DNA from: Candidatus Uhrbacteria bacterium
GTDB lineage: Bacteria > Patescibacteriota > Patescibacteriia > UBA9934 > GWF2-40-263
Direction of reading: 5' to 3'
DNA length: 64,000 bases
Assembly: GCA_023246355.1 (NCBI GenBank)
Contig: JAHFIQ010000001.1
Span: 145,887-209,886, forward strand
The notes beneath the pieces are model-generated. The model saw only the letters and a list, made by a program, of their open reading frames with translations. It did not search any database and had not been told where the DNA came from. Of this stretch, positions 34,977 through 44,010 are shown piece after piece (positions within the stretch are counted from its first letter, which is position 1; each line of letters begins with the position of its first letter). Position numbers and translations under genes: made by a program.

Positions 34977-35053
34977 TGGTGGGGGTGGATGGACTCGAAC
35001 CATCGACCGTCGAGGTATAAGCTCGATGCTCTAACCAACTGAGCTACACCCCC
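34977..35053 (-). tRNA. tRNA-Ile (anticodon UAU)
   Basis: Minus-strand sequence GGGGGTGTAGCTCAGTTGGTTAGAGCATCGAGCTTATACCTCGACGGTCGATGGTTCGAGTCCATCCACCCCCACCA. It has a 7-bp acceptor stem, a GCTC/GAGC D stem, an anticodon stem TCGAG/CTCGA with loop CTTATAC, a T arm GATGG-TTCGAGT-CCATC, and an encoded CCA. Confidence 0.8.
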
Positions 35054-35109
35054 GGTTCACACTTTAGTATAGCATCAGGCCCTGTCAATCGTGATATACT
35101 TGGGGCGTT

Positions 35110-35571
35110 ATGGATCCGCAGCTTACTTCACTGATCATTTTGCTGGCTATTTTTTGGTTTCTTGTCTATTGGGTTTTGGGAGGGGTCTTTTTTGCCGCGA
35201 TTGCCCTTCTGCGTCTGGGACGCATCCGCATGGTGCGCTTTAGTTGTTTATTCACACTGCTTGCCTTGTTCCTCGGAGCCGGTGCTGCTTACGGTGGCGT
35301 TGCGCGATCACAGACAGACGTCCTTTCCTGCCTTGAAGAGGCCCAGTCAAAAGCCGAGACAGTCATGGCCGTATTTGGTTGCGGCTTTGCCAGTATCTTC
35401 GGCGTCTTTCTTGTCGGCGCGGCTTTACTCACCCTGGGCGGATTTCTCATCATGTCGATTTCAAAAAGCAAAACCAAGCCTTGGATTATTCTAGAGGAGC
35501 CACAAGAGGAGATCCTTCCTGAGGAGACCGTGTCCGTCGAAACCCAGGTTCCTGAGAGTAAGTTTTTTTAA
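35110..35571 (+). CDS. Hypothetical membrane protein (3-4 TM) with acidic C-terminus
   Basis: A 153-aa ORF. Hydrophobic segments include LIILLAIFWFLVYWVLGGVFFAAIALL. Confidence 0.45.
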   Translation: MDPQLTSLIILLAIFWFLVYWVLGGVFFAAIALLRLGRIRMVRFSCLFTLLALFLGAGAAYGGVARSQTDVLSCLEEAQSKAETVMAVFGCGFASIFGVFLVGAALLTLGGFLIMSISKSKTKPWIILEEPQEEILPEETVSVETQVPESKFF

Positions 35572-35617
35572 GAGTTGACGCGCGGACAACTTTTTCCTAT
35601 TATTCCCCCGCTTCATA

Positions 35618-35694
35618 TGGGCGGTTAGCTCACTTGGTTAGAGCGCTACATTGACATTGTAGAGGTGACTGGTTCGAGTCCAGTACCGCCCACC
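35618..35694 (+). tRNA. tRNA-Val (anticodon GAC)
   Basis: GGGCGGTTAGCTCACTTGGTTAGAGCGCTACATTGACATTGTAGAGGTGACTGGTTCGAGTCCAGTACCGCCCACCA. The stems all pair and the anticodon loop is TTGACAT. Confidence 0.85.
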
Positions 35695-35696
35695 AA

Positions 35697-35724
35697 AAAC
35701 TCCAGACAACTGGAGTTTTTTGTT
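35697..35724 (+). terminator. Rho-independent terminator after tRNA-Val
   Basis: AACTCCAGACAACTGGAGTTTTTTG forms a 6-bp stem followed by a T6 run. Confidence 0.6.
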
Positions 35725-35749
35725 CTCTCTGCTACTATGCCATCTATCT

Positions 35750-36670
35750 ATGCCTGAACTTCACGTCACACAGGAAGCGGAAGGAAAACGATTGGATCAT
35801 TTTTTGACGTCCAACATGGAATCAACACGTTCACAGATTCAAAAGCTCATCGAGGCTGGGAGCGTGCGTGTAAACGGTGACGTGGCAAAATCCAACCGAC
35901 GACTGGAAACAGACGATGTTATTTTTTATCCAGAAGCCGAAGTGATCACACACGCAAAAACCGAAGTCGCTCCGATTTTAGAAATCCTCTACCAAGATGA
36001 CGACATCTTGGTCATCAACAAACCAGCTGGTCTGCTGGTCCATGAAGCTTTCAAAAACGAAATGCGAGCCACGGTTGTAGACGCTCTGTTAGAATCTTTT
36101 CCCGAAGTAGCAGACGTTGGTGATGACCCAAAACGTCCAGGCATTGTCCATCGGCTGGACAAAGACGTTTCAGGCGTGATGGCCATTGCAAAAACCCAAG
36201 CTGGATTTGAACATCTCAAACGCCAATTTCAAGAGCGAACCCTCACCAAAGAATATCTCGCCCTGGTGTACGGATCGCTTCCAAAAGATCACGACGTCAT
36301 TACCCTTCACGTGACGCGTTCCAAAGCCAAGGGGCGCATGGTCGCTCGACCAGAGTCTCAGGAAGGCAAAGAAGCGCACACCGAATATGACGTGCTCGAA
36401 CGACTGAATACGACAACCTATGTTCGCGTGAAAATCTTAACTGGCCGTACACACCAAATTCGCGTGCACTTTCAAGCGATCGGTTACCCGATCGTCGGGG
36501 ACAAACTCTACAAAGTGAAAGGCATGAAATTTCGTCCCATCGAATTGGACCGACTCTTTCTCCATGCAACAAAACTCACCCTGCGTCTCATGAATGGACA
36601 CGAAAAAACGTTTGAGACAGGACTGCCAAATGAACTTGAGAGACTTCTGCGCTCACTGAAAAAACTATGA
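35750..36670 (+). CDS. RluA-family 23S rRNA pseudouridine synthase (RluD/RluC-like) with S4 domain
   Basis: The start is trimmed to MPELHVT. RLDHFL is S4-like. ILVINKPAGLLVH and HRLDKDVSGVMAIAKT carry the catalytic Asp motif. TGRTHQIRVHF is present. Confidence 0.8.
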   Translation: MPELHVTQEAEGKRLDHFLTSNMESTRSQIQKLIEAGSVRVNGDVAKSNRRLETDDVIFYPEAEVITHAKTEVAPILEILYQDDDILVINKPAGLLVHEAFKNEMRATVVDALLESFPEVADVGDDPKRPGIVHRLDKDVSGVMAIAKTQAGFEHLKRQFQERTLTKEYLALVYGSLPKDHDVITLHVTRSKAKGRMVARPESQEGKEAHTEYDVLERLNTTTYVRVKILTGRTHQIRVHFQAIGYPIVGDKLYKVKGMKFRPIELDRLFLHATKLTLRLMNGHEKTFETGLPNELERLLRSLKKL

Positions 36671-37236
36671 GAGGAAAAATCTTTATCATCACGGGCCCCA
36701 GTGGTGTAGGCAAAACGTCCATTGCCACAGAGCTTCTCAAACGTCGACCGCGTTTGAAAAAACTCGTGACGTACACGACGCGTCCGATTCGACCTGGAGA
36801 GACAAACGGCGTCTCGTATCACTTTGTTGATGAAGCCACGCTTACATCCATGCAAAACGCCGGAGAACTTTTCGAATCAGCACGCGTCTACGACACGCTC
36901 TACGGAAGCAAAAAATCAGACGTGGAAGCCCTCCTACACGCTGGCAACGACGTTTTATTTGTCATCGATGTTCAGGGTGCCAAAACGATTCAACAAGACC
37001 ATCCGGAAACGGTCGTCATCTTCATTGATGCAGAATCAGACGAAGCGCTCATGAAACGGTTAGAGGCCAGAGATCAGGGCAAGACGGTCAATCTTGAGGA
37101 ACGTTTACAAGCGATTCAAAACGAACGTGTGTACGGTGCGTCTTGCCAGCACCGAGTCGTCAATCAGGAAGGAAAACTGACGGAAACAGTGGACGCCATC
37201 CTGAACCTCATGGATCATCTTGACGAGAATCTTTGA
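36667..37236 (+). CDS. gmk: Guanylate kinase
   Basis: GPSGVGKTS is the P-loop. TTRPIRPGETNGVSYHFV is present. ATGA overlap. Confidence 0.85.
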   Translation: MRGKIFIITGPSGVGKTSIATELLKRRPRLKKLVTYTTRPIRPGETNGVSYHFVDEATLTSMQNAGELFESARVYDTLYGSKKSDVEALLHAGNDVLFVIDVQGAKTIQQDHPETVVIFIDAESDEALMKRLEARDQGKTVNLEERLQAIQNERVYGASCQHRVVNQEGKLTETVDAILNLMDHLDENL

Positions 37237-37257
37237 ATTCATTATAGTCTGGCCACT

Positions 37258-37662
37258 ATGGAAGAAGAACAAACACAAACACCTGTTTCAACAGAGGCAC
37301 AGGTACCTGAAAAGCCTGCCGCAGCTGGAAACATCCTCGCGTTGGATCAAGTCCGTGCCGGACAGACCGTGCGACTCCATGAGCGCATTAAGGACGTCTC
37401 GGCCAAGGGCGAAGAACGCGAGCGCGTCCAAGTCTTTGAAGGCATTGTCCTGGGTGTACGGGGCTCGGGGATATCCAAGACCCTCACCATCCGCAAAGTC
37501 AGCGATGGCATCGGCGTGGAAAAAATCTATCCCCTGCACTCGCCACTCATTGCCAAGATCGAGCTGGTCAAAACCGCTCGTGTCCGCCGCGCCCGTCTGA
37601 GTTTCCTCAACAATCTCAAAACACGTTTCAAGAGAAAGCTCGAAGAGACGTACGTGAAGTAA
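37258..37662 (+). CDS. rplS: 50S ribosomal protein L19 with ~25-aa N-terminal extension
   Basis: VRLHERIKD...ERERVQVFEGIVLGVRGSGISKTLTIRKVSDGIGVEKIYPLHSPLIAKIELVKTARVRRARL aligns with bL19. Confidence 0.85.
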   Translation: MEEEQTQTPVSTEAQVPEKPAAAGNILALDQVRAGQTVRLHERIKDVSAKGEERERVQVFEGIVLGVRGSGISKTLTIRKVSDGIGVEKIYPLHSPLIAKIELVKTARVRRARLSFLNNLKTRFKRKLEETYVK

Positions 37663-37668
37663 ATAAAA

Positions 37669-37697
37669 TCCCGGCCACACGGTCGGGATTTTGGTTT
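37669..37697. terminator. Bidirectional hairpin terminator between rplS and the minus-strand GC-rich island
   Basis: AAAATCCCGGCCACACGGTCGGGATTTTGG forms an ~9-bp stem flanked by A and T runs. Confidence 0.5.
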
Positions 37698-37770
37698 AAA
37701 AGAAACACCCCGCCGAACGACGAGTCATCCGGGGGATGTTTCTCGCCGTAGGGCGGAGTCGCGTTGATGG

Positions 37771-38190
37771 TCAGCTCTTGGGGGGCTTTGGGACGATCTC
37801 GGCGGCGTAGAAGTACACCTCCCAGCGATATCCTTCATCCTTGCGGATCTCGATACGAACAAGACCCTTCCAAGCCTGCTCGAGCTCGCGCAACGCCTCC
37901 TCGAGCTTGTCGAAGGAAGTGAAACCGTACACGTGGAGTTCGGTCTCTCGGATCTTGTCGCTGTTGCCGCTGCCCAGGAGGGTGTTCGTGACGAGGTACT
38001 CGAGAAACTCGGGGAGCTTCCAGTACTCGGTATCGCCGATGGTGCTTGGGTACCAACCCATCTCATTGGCGTACTTCTGCATCGAAGACGGAATGAGCTC
38101 GACCAGCTCTGAGGCAAGCTGGCGCCAAACCTGGTTGGCCTCCTGCAGAAGACGCTCTCGATGTTCCCAAGATTCGCGGATGGAAGGCAT
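37771..38190 (-). CDS. Hypothetical protein (GC-rich island)
   Basis: A 139-aa ORF. An RBS (AAGAGGA) lies upstream. The codon usage is GC-rich and unlike the surrounding genome. Confidence 0.4.
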   Translation of the reverse strand: MPSIRESWEHRERLLQEANQVWRQLASELVELIPSSMQKYANEMGWYPSTIGDTEYWKLPEFLEYLVTNTLLGSGNSDKIRETELHVYGFTSFDKLEEALRELEQAWKGLVRIEIRKDEGYRWEVYFYAAEIVPKPPKS

Positions 38191-38212
38191 GAATCCTCTT
38201 TCCGGGGGAAAG

Positions 38213-38318
38213 TTCCAACCCAGATCTCTAGCGTCTTGGTTTCAAAACGACGGGGATCCTTGTTGAAGATTGAATATCCCCGTCCGTCTCAAGCGTTGGG
38301 CGAGACGGACGGGGGTCG
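38213..38318 (-). repeat. ~110-bp intergenic tandem-hairpin repeat, copy R1
   Basis: About 95% identical to 38739..38854. Read on the minus strand, it holds CCGTCCGTCTC-N11-GAGACGGACGG and GACGGGGAT-N18-ATCCCCGTC hairpins, then GTTTTGAAACC, then AGATCTGGGTTGGAA abutting the next gene's RBS. Confidence 0.8.
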
Positions 38319-38330
38319 CGTGGCGAGTGC

Positions 38331-38522
38331 CTACTCGCGGAAGACGGCCTGGGGCATGGTGCCCGTGCCTTCGCACTGACCGCCGCCGAAAGACGGTTCG
38401 TGAGCGGCCATGACGTAGTTGAAGGCCTCTCCTTCGTCGAGGTCGAGATCGTCCTCTTCCGAATCGCTGTGGGACGGACGTACTCTGTGCGACTCCTGAC
38501 AAGTACAACAGGCTCCGAGCAT
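38331..38522 (-). CDS. Small acidic Cys-containing hypothetical protein (63 aa)
   Basis: An AGGAG lies 7 nt upstream of the ATG. The ORF sits inside the GC-rich island, and frame choice is uncertain in high-GC DNA. Confidence 0.3.
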   Translation of the reverse strand: MLGACCTCQESHRVRPSHSDSEEDDLDLDEGEAFNYVMAAHEPSFGGGQCEGTGTMPQAVFRE

Positions 38523-38578
38523 GAGATCTCCTAGCTGAACGGAAGTGTGGTGGGTGCGAGTGTCGTCTTCTTAGGCCT

Positions 38579-38718
38579 CTACTGGAAAGCCCAGCCGAAG
38601 TGACGAACGATCAAGCACAGGAGAAGCGTGATCACCCCTGCGGCGAAACCTTGAAAAAATCCGTTGCGGAACCAGCCGCCAGCGAACACGCCAAGCGCGA
38701 TGCCGAGAATGAGATACA
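38579..38718 (-). CDS. Small 46-aa hydrophobic membrane peptide
   Basis: Hand translation gives MYLILGIALGVFAGGWFRNGFFQGFAAGVITLLLCLIVRHFGWAFQ. It is below the track cutoff. Confidence 0.3.
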
Positions 38719-38738
38719 TCTGAATTTCCTTTCTGGAG

Positions 38739-38854
38739 GAAAGAAATTTTCCAACCCAGATCTCTAGCGTCTTGGTTTCAAAACGACGGGGATCCTTGTT
38801 GAAGATTGAATATCCCCATCCGTCTCAAGCGTTGAGCGAGACGGACGGGGGTCG
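38739..38854 (-). repeat. Tandem-hairpin intergenic repeat, copy R2
   Basis: ttttccaacccagatctctagcgtcttggtttcaaaacgacggggatccttgttgaagattgaatatcccc[a/g]tccgtctcaagcgttg[a/g]gcgagacggacgggggtcg is near-identical to R1. Confidence 0.8.
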
Positions 38855-38875
38855 AGGCGGTCGTGGACCGCGAGA

Positions 38876-39184
38876 TCAGTCGCCTCGTGCGAAAGGGACG
38901 GTCGGGACGATGTTGGGTCGCCTCAGCTCCTTCCAGATTCCGGGAGCCAGCACGCCGTAGAGGTAGGAGCCGACCGCACAGACGAAGGTTCCGACGCCCG
39001 CGAGCCATGCCATCTGCCACTCACCGTTGACGATGCAACGGGCCCCAAGGACGAGGAGTCCCAGCGAGATGGCGGCCATGAACAGCGTTGCAACGGCACT
39101 GATGAACAGAAGCAAGATCATGAGCACGAACCTCACGAGCCGTCCGGCCTTGTATCCGATCATCCTGTAAGAGGCTCCGGGCAT
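38876..39184 (-). CDS. Hypothetical membrane protein (~102 aa)
   Basis: The start is trimmed to MPGASYRM, which is preceded by ACGGAGGG. There are three hydrophobic helices. Confidence 0.4.
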   Translation of the reverse strand: MPGASYRMIGYKAGRLVRFVLMILLLFISAVATLFMAAISLGLLVLGARCIVNGEWQMAWLAGVGTFVCAVGSYLYGVLAPGIWKELRRPNIVPTVPFARGD

Positions 39185-39206
39185 GTGCCCTCCGTTTGGT
39201 GAGAAA

Positions 39207-39237
39207 TGTTCCAACCCAGATCCCTGGAGTCGTCTTG
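39207..39237 (-). repeat. Partial third copy (R3) of the island repeat (conserved RBS-proximal end only)
   Basis: gttccaacccagatccctggagtcgtcttg matches the 5' 30 nt of R1/R2. It lies immediately upstream of the 38876 gene's RBS. Confidence 0.6.
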
Positions 39238-39265
39238 CGACAGACTCCAGAAGCTGAATTTGAAT

Positions 39266-40978
39266 TTAGATCGTTCGCACATCGTCACCAGAGGTGACGC
39301 TCACACCTTTGCCGTACTTCCACAGGGCGGTGTCGTTCACTTCGATGATACCTTGGTTCCAGTCGGAACCATAGATTTCATCAGCGACGGTTTCAGAGAC
39401 GATCCAGTGCAAGTCATAGTCTGATCCGACCACGTAGACGCGCTCTGAGCTCACGGTTTTAACCCGTGTGCCAGGAGCGAACTTGAGGTCCCCTTCGTAG
39501 TCAGACGTTTCCAGGTACACATCAATCGTGGCCTGGCTCACTTCGACCACTTGGTCCCATGAATCAAACCAGGTGAAGTACACTTCCTCACTTGGGATGA
39601 GCCACATTTGGTCACCGCTCACAAGATAAATGCCTTCCGAATCGTAGGCGGAAAACGCCTCGACTTCATCGCGCACCAAATCGAGCAAGGGTGAGAACGT
39701 GGCTTCGTAGATGTTGCCATCTTCTCCCTGCCAGTAGGCATGTTCACGGTCTGAGAGAACCGGCACACCGCCGAATCCAACGTTCAACAGACGGCCATTG
39801 GATGTATTCTCATACCAGACGTTCCCATCCTCATCGACACCCACAAGAATATCGTCAAAGGCGTCAGTCACATGAAACGAACGTGTGTCCCATTCAAGGG
39901 TTTCAAAGTTATAACCAACATAGTCGCCATCTTGATTTTGGAAGTAGATGGAATCCTCGGTGAGATTGAAGATGCCGCCCGAAGCAACACCGAGTTTGTG
40001 CACGCCATCGACGTCACTCACATACAAACCGTTTTCGTCATCGATGTAGGCCATGCGGTCGCCCACAATCTGGACAGCGTCTTCTACATCAATGAGCCAA
40101 GACAAGTACGCGCCGCCAGCGTCTGTTGGGGTTTCGTCAACACCTTGGGTGTAGCTCCACAAACGGAAGTTGCGGAAGAAGCGGATGGAACCATCAGAGA
40201 GGTAATGTGCGCCAACAATGTCCGCACCGGGTTCGGTCCAAGAATCAGGAACCGCTTCCATGGTGCGCGCGGTCTGGTCCACAATCCACAACTGTTCAAA
40301 GCCACCTTCAAATTGAAACTTCACAAGAGCGAGTCCGTCTTGGACGTCAACAATCTCTTGCCAAGGGGCTGTGAGGGTATAGGTGAAATCATCACGCTCA
40401 AAACCAGAACCGTAGTCATACACCGAGAGTGTGGATTCCACATCACCGGAGTCTTCATCGGTTTGCAGAGTGGATGTATAGATGCGGTCGCCATCGGTCG
40501 CAAACGTCATAAACGCGACGCCATTGTCAGATCGTGAAGCACCAGCAAGTGTCGCGATCGCTCCAGACTCGGTATCGTATTCGTACATCGTTCCCCACGA
40601 CTCGTCAGAATCGACCGGGATCATATAAATGAACCGACCATCTTGAGCTGTCTGCCAAAATGCGTCTGTCACAGAGTCGTCAACGGAAGCAACCTCAAGG
40701 GCTTCGCCATCTTTGAAGATGGTGAGGTCAACTTGTTCGCACAGGTCTGGATACTCGCAAGACTCAGCCGTCTTCACAACAAAGACTGCGTCGTTAAACG
40801 CGTAGGGACCAGATGTGTCTGCATCGAGCTTCAAACGCTCAACGCGGAAGTAATCGTAATCCCAGGCCGCGGTGGCGACCGGAGTGCTCCACGATCCAGA
40901 ATCCGCAAAAACGGTTGGAAGCAATGGAGAGAGGGCAATCGCAAGCGCGACGGCCAAAATAAGTGTTTTCTTCAACAT
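39266..40978 (-). CDS. Secreted hypothetical protein (570 aa), Asp/Gly/Trp/Tyr-rich, likely beta-propeller/beta-sandwich
   Basis: Signal peptide MLKKTLILAVALAIALSPLLPTVFA. No recognisable catalytic motifs. Confidence 0.5.
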   Translation of the reverse strand: MLKKTLILAVALAIALSPLLPTVFADSGSWSTPVATAAWDYDYFRVERLKLDADTSGPYAFNDAVFVVKTAESCEYPDLCEQVDLTIFKDGEALEVASVDDSVTDAFWQTAQDGRFIYMIPVDSDESWGTMYEYDTESGAIATLAGASRSDNGVAFMTFATDGDRIYTSTLQTDEDSGDVESTLSVYDYGSGFERDDFTYTLTAPWQEIVDVQDGLALVKFQFEGGFEQLWIVDQTARTMEAVPDSWTEPGADIVGAHYLSDGSIRFFRNFRLWSYTQGVDETPTDAGGAYLSWLIDVEDAVQIVGDRMAYIDDENGLYVSDVDGVHKLGVASGGIFNLTEDSIYFQNQDGDYVGYNFETLEWDTRSFHVTDAFDDILVGVDEDGNVWYENTSNGRLLNVGFGGVPVLSDREHAYWQGEDGNIYEATFSPLLDLVRDEVEAFSAYDSEGIYLVSGDQMWLIPSEEVYFTWFDSWDQVVEVSQATIDVYLETSDYEGDLKFAPGTRVKTVSSERVYVVGSDYDLHWIVSETVADEIYGSDWNQGIIEVNDTALWKYGKGVSVTSGDDVRTI

Positions 40979-41074
40979 AGTTTTTTGGTTAGTTTAAGGG
41001 CGCAATATAGCAAAAAACAGCCGTTTTGTCAATGGGACGGCTGCTTTTTTTAGCTTAACAAAGCGAAATGATAC

Positions 41075-43930
41075 TTATTTGAGCAAAGGCTTCAGATACT
41101 GCCCTGTCACGCTTCTCTTTACCTTCACGATATCCTTTGGCGTTCCAACCGCGACGACTTCCCCGCCTTTGATACCGCCATCAGGTCCCATATCGATGAC
41201 CCAGTCCGCGCCTTTCACCACGTCCAAGTTGTGCTCGATGATGACAACCGTGTTGCCTTTGTCCACGAGCTGATGCAGCACACCCAGCAATCGTTTGATG
41301 TCTTCAAAGTGCAGTCCGGTCGTCGGCTCATCCAAAATGTAGAGTGTGCGACCCGTGGCGCGACGTGAAAGCTCGGTCGACAATTTGACGCGCTGTGCTT
41401 CTCCACCGGAAAGCGTGGTCGCGCTCTGTCCCAATCGGATGTAGCCCAGGCCCACCTCGTGCAGCACATTCAACTTATCAAAGATGCTCGTTTGATCCGC
41501 AAAGAAGCGTCGTGCTTCCTCGACTGTCATGTTGAGCACGTCTGAAATGGTTTTTTGTTTGTAATGCACTTCCAACGCCTCATGATTGTAGCGCGTGCCC
41601 CGACACTCGGCACACTCCACATACACGTCAGGCAGAAACTGCATTTCGATTCGGCGCATGCCGTCCCCTCCACATGCCTCACAGCGTCCACCACCCTTCA
41701 CATTAAAACTAAACTTCCCTGCATCATATTTGCGCATCTTGGCTTCGGGCAGATCAGCAAACAAATCTCGAATCGCGGTGAACACGCCGGTGTAGGTCGC
41801 CGGGTTTGATCGTGGAGTACGACCAATGGGAGACTGGTCCACTGCCACAACCTTATCGATATGCTCAATGCCCTTGATCTCTTTGTGCTCCCCTGGGTAG
41901 AGCTTGGCGCGATAAAATTTTCGGCTGAGTGCCTTGCCAAGAATATCCAAGACAAGCGTTGACTTTCCCGATCCTGAAACCCCGGTCACACAGACAAGAC
42001 AACCAAGCGGAATTTCCACGTCCACATTTTTCAAGTTGAACGCGGTTGCCCCAACCACGGTTATTTTCTTCCCGCTGCCCTTCCGATATTTTTTTGGTGT
42101 GGGGATGGATTTCGCACCTGAGAGATATTGTCCTGTAAGCGAATCTTTGTCTTTTTGAATCTGTGCCGCTGTGCCTTCTGACACAATTTGTCCACCATAC
42201 TCGCCAGCTCCAGGTCCGACATCAAACACATAATCCGCGGCACGAATCATCGCCTCGTCGTGCTCGACCACGATTACGGAGTTCCCAAAGGCTTTCAACT
42301 GTCGAATCGTCTCGATCAAACAGTCGTTATCTCGTGGATGCAAACCAATCGATGGCTCATCCAAAATATAAATGACGCCCGAGAGTTGGCTGCCAAGTTG
42401 CGTGGCCAAACGGACACGCTGAGACTCACCACCTGAGAGGGTCATGGCTGAACGATCTAGCGTGAGATAGCCAAGTCCCACTTGGGTGAGTTGATTCAAA
42501 CGAATCTGCACTTCTTTTGCCACGCGCTGTGTGACCAGAAGTTCGTCTGAAGTGAGCCCTTGGTTCCCCTTGGCCACCTTGTCCACCTTGACCACCTCTT
42601 TAAAAAACGCCTTCACATCCTCGACCGGCAAATTCACCACGTCGGCAATCGACTTGCCATCGATGGTGATGGCAAGCACCGCCTTATTCAAACGTGCGCC
42701 ATGACAGGACGGACAAATCATCCGACGCATGTAGCCTTCCAGCTCTGCTCGTACATACTCAGAATCTGTCTCCCGATATTTTTGCTCCAGCTGCATGAGG
42801 ATACCTGGAAACGTCACCGTCTCCCCTTTGAAGGCGTATGTATCCTCCCCTGTGCCATTCAACACCAGATCCATTTTGGCTTTTGGAATTTTCGCCACCG
42901 GCATGTCCATGGGAATGCGGTGCTTCTTACCAACGATCTGAAGCAAGTCCAGGTAACTCGTCTGGTTCCCTGCGATTTTAGTCCACGGACGCACCGCGCC
43001 TTCTTCAAACGTCAGCCGACGGTTGGGAATCACAAGCTCTGCTTCCAAGACCAACTTCTCACCAAGTCCTGTGCATTCCTCACAGGCGCCATGGGGAGAG
43101 TTAAAGGAAAACAATCTTGGCTCAGGCTTGGGAAGATTGATCCCGCAATGGGGACACATGTAGCTTTTGGAAAGAGGAAACTCGTCCCCTGTGTCGTCGT
43201 TTACAAGGGTGATGAACCCATTGCCATAATCGAGCGCCTTGTTCACCTGAGCGGTCACCTGCTCGGCGGAATAGGTCATCCCAGGTTCAAACGCAAACAC
43301 CAGCACATCGATATCGTGATCTTTCTTTTTGTCTTTGCGCATGGCAAGCGCTTCGCTGGTATCGATCACGAGCCCATCAAACCGGACTTGCGTGAATCCG
43401 GCGTTGAGTGCGCCTTGCAGGACATGTTTGTGTTCGCCTTTCAACTGATGCACGACCGGAGCAAACAAAAGCACGCGCTCCTTCCCAATCATGGTCGTGA
43501 CGCGTGTCACAATTTCCGTGAGGGATTGTTCGCCGACAGGCTTTCCACAGGTGGGACAATGCGGCCGACCAGCACGAGCAAACAACACGCGCAAAAAATC
43601 ATAAATCTCCGTCACGGTTCCCACGGTTGAGCGAGGATTATGCGACGAAGATTTTTGGTCAATGGCAATGGTCGGCGAGAGGCCGGTGATTTCATCGACG
43701 TCTGGTTTGTCTTGAAGCTCTAAAAATTGGCGAGCATAGGAGGAGAGCGACTCCATGTAGCGACGCTGCCCTTCTGCGTAAATCGTGTCAAACGCGAGAG
43801 ATGATTTTCCTGATCCGGAAAGTCCGGTCACGACCACAAGCTTGTTCTTGGGGATATCCACGTTCACGTTTTTCAAATTGTGTACTCGCGCTCCACGGAT
43901 GGAAATAACGTCGGCCATAATCGAACACAT
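41075..43930 (-). CDS. uvrA: Excinuclease ABC subunit A
   Basis: 951 aa with two ABC ATPase modules: [51 protein letters not shown] and [15 protein letters not shown]. Zinc-finger Cys clusters are also present. Confidence 0.9.
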   Translation of the reverse strand: MCSIMADVISIRGARVHNLKNVNVDIPKNKLVVVTGLSGSGKSSLAFDTIYAEGQRRYMESLSSYARQFLELQDKPDVDEITGLSPTIAIDQKSSSHNPRSTVGTVTEIYDFLRVLFARAGRPHCPTCGKPVGEQSLTEIVTRVTTMIGKERVLLFAPVVHQLKGEHKHVLQGALNAGFTQVRFDGLVIDTSEALAMRKDKKKDHDIDVLVFAFEPGMTYSAEQVTAQVNKALDYGNGFITLVNDDTGDEFPLSKSYMCPHCGINLPKPEPRLFSFNSPHGACEECTGLGEKLVLEAELVIPNRRLTFEEGAVRPWTKIAGNQTSYLDLLQIVGKKHRIPMDMPVAKIPKAKMDLVLNGTGEDTYAFKGETVTFPGILMQLEQKYRETDSEYVRAELEGYMRRMICPSCHGARLNKAVLAITIDGKSIADVVNLPVEDVKAFFKEVVKVDKVAKGNQGLTSDELLVTQRVAKEVQIRLNQLTQVGLGYLTLDRSAMTLSGGESQRVRLATQLGSQLSGVIYILDEPSIGLHPRDNDCLIETIRQLKAFGNSVIVVEHDEAMIRAADYVFDVGPGAGEYGGQIVSEGTAAQIQKDKDSLTGQYLSGAKSIPTPKKYRKGSGKKITVVGATAFNLKNVDVEIPLGCLVCVTGVSGSGKSTLVLDILGKALSRKFYRAKLYPGEHKEIKGIEHIDKVVAVDQSPIGRTPRSNPATYTGVFTAIRDLFADLPEAKMRKYDAGKFSFNVKGGGRCEACGGDGMRRIEMQFLPDVYVECAECRGTRYNHEALEVHYKQKTISDVLNMTVEEARRFFADQTSIFDKLNVLHEVGLGYIRLGQSATTLSGGEAQRVKLSTELSRRATGRTLYILDEPTTGLHFEDIKRLLGVLHQLVDKGNTVVIIEHNLDVVKGADWVIDMGPDGGIKGGEVVAVGTPKDIVKVKRSVTGQYLKPLLK

Positions 43931-43943
43931 TCAAAAAATAAAC

Positions 43944-43990
43944 ACGCTGGCAAGGCTACCACAAACAAAAACACAGGGCAAGAGACAAGC
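43944..43990 (-). terminator. Terminator hairpin downstream of the 44011 gene
   Basis: On the minus strand, CACAGGGCTTGTCTCTTGCCCTGTG is followed by TTTTTGTTTG. Confidence 0.5.
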
Positions 43991-44010
43991 CCTGTGGTGT
44001 ATTGAAATCA

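Noticed and set aside
38213-39237. Interpreting the island repeats as integron attC sites
   Set aside because: They have no RYYYAAC/GTTRRRY core ends. The structure is two independent hairpins rather than one long imperfect palindrome. No intI is in the window.
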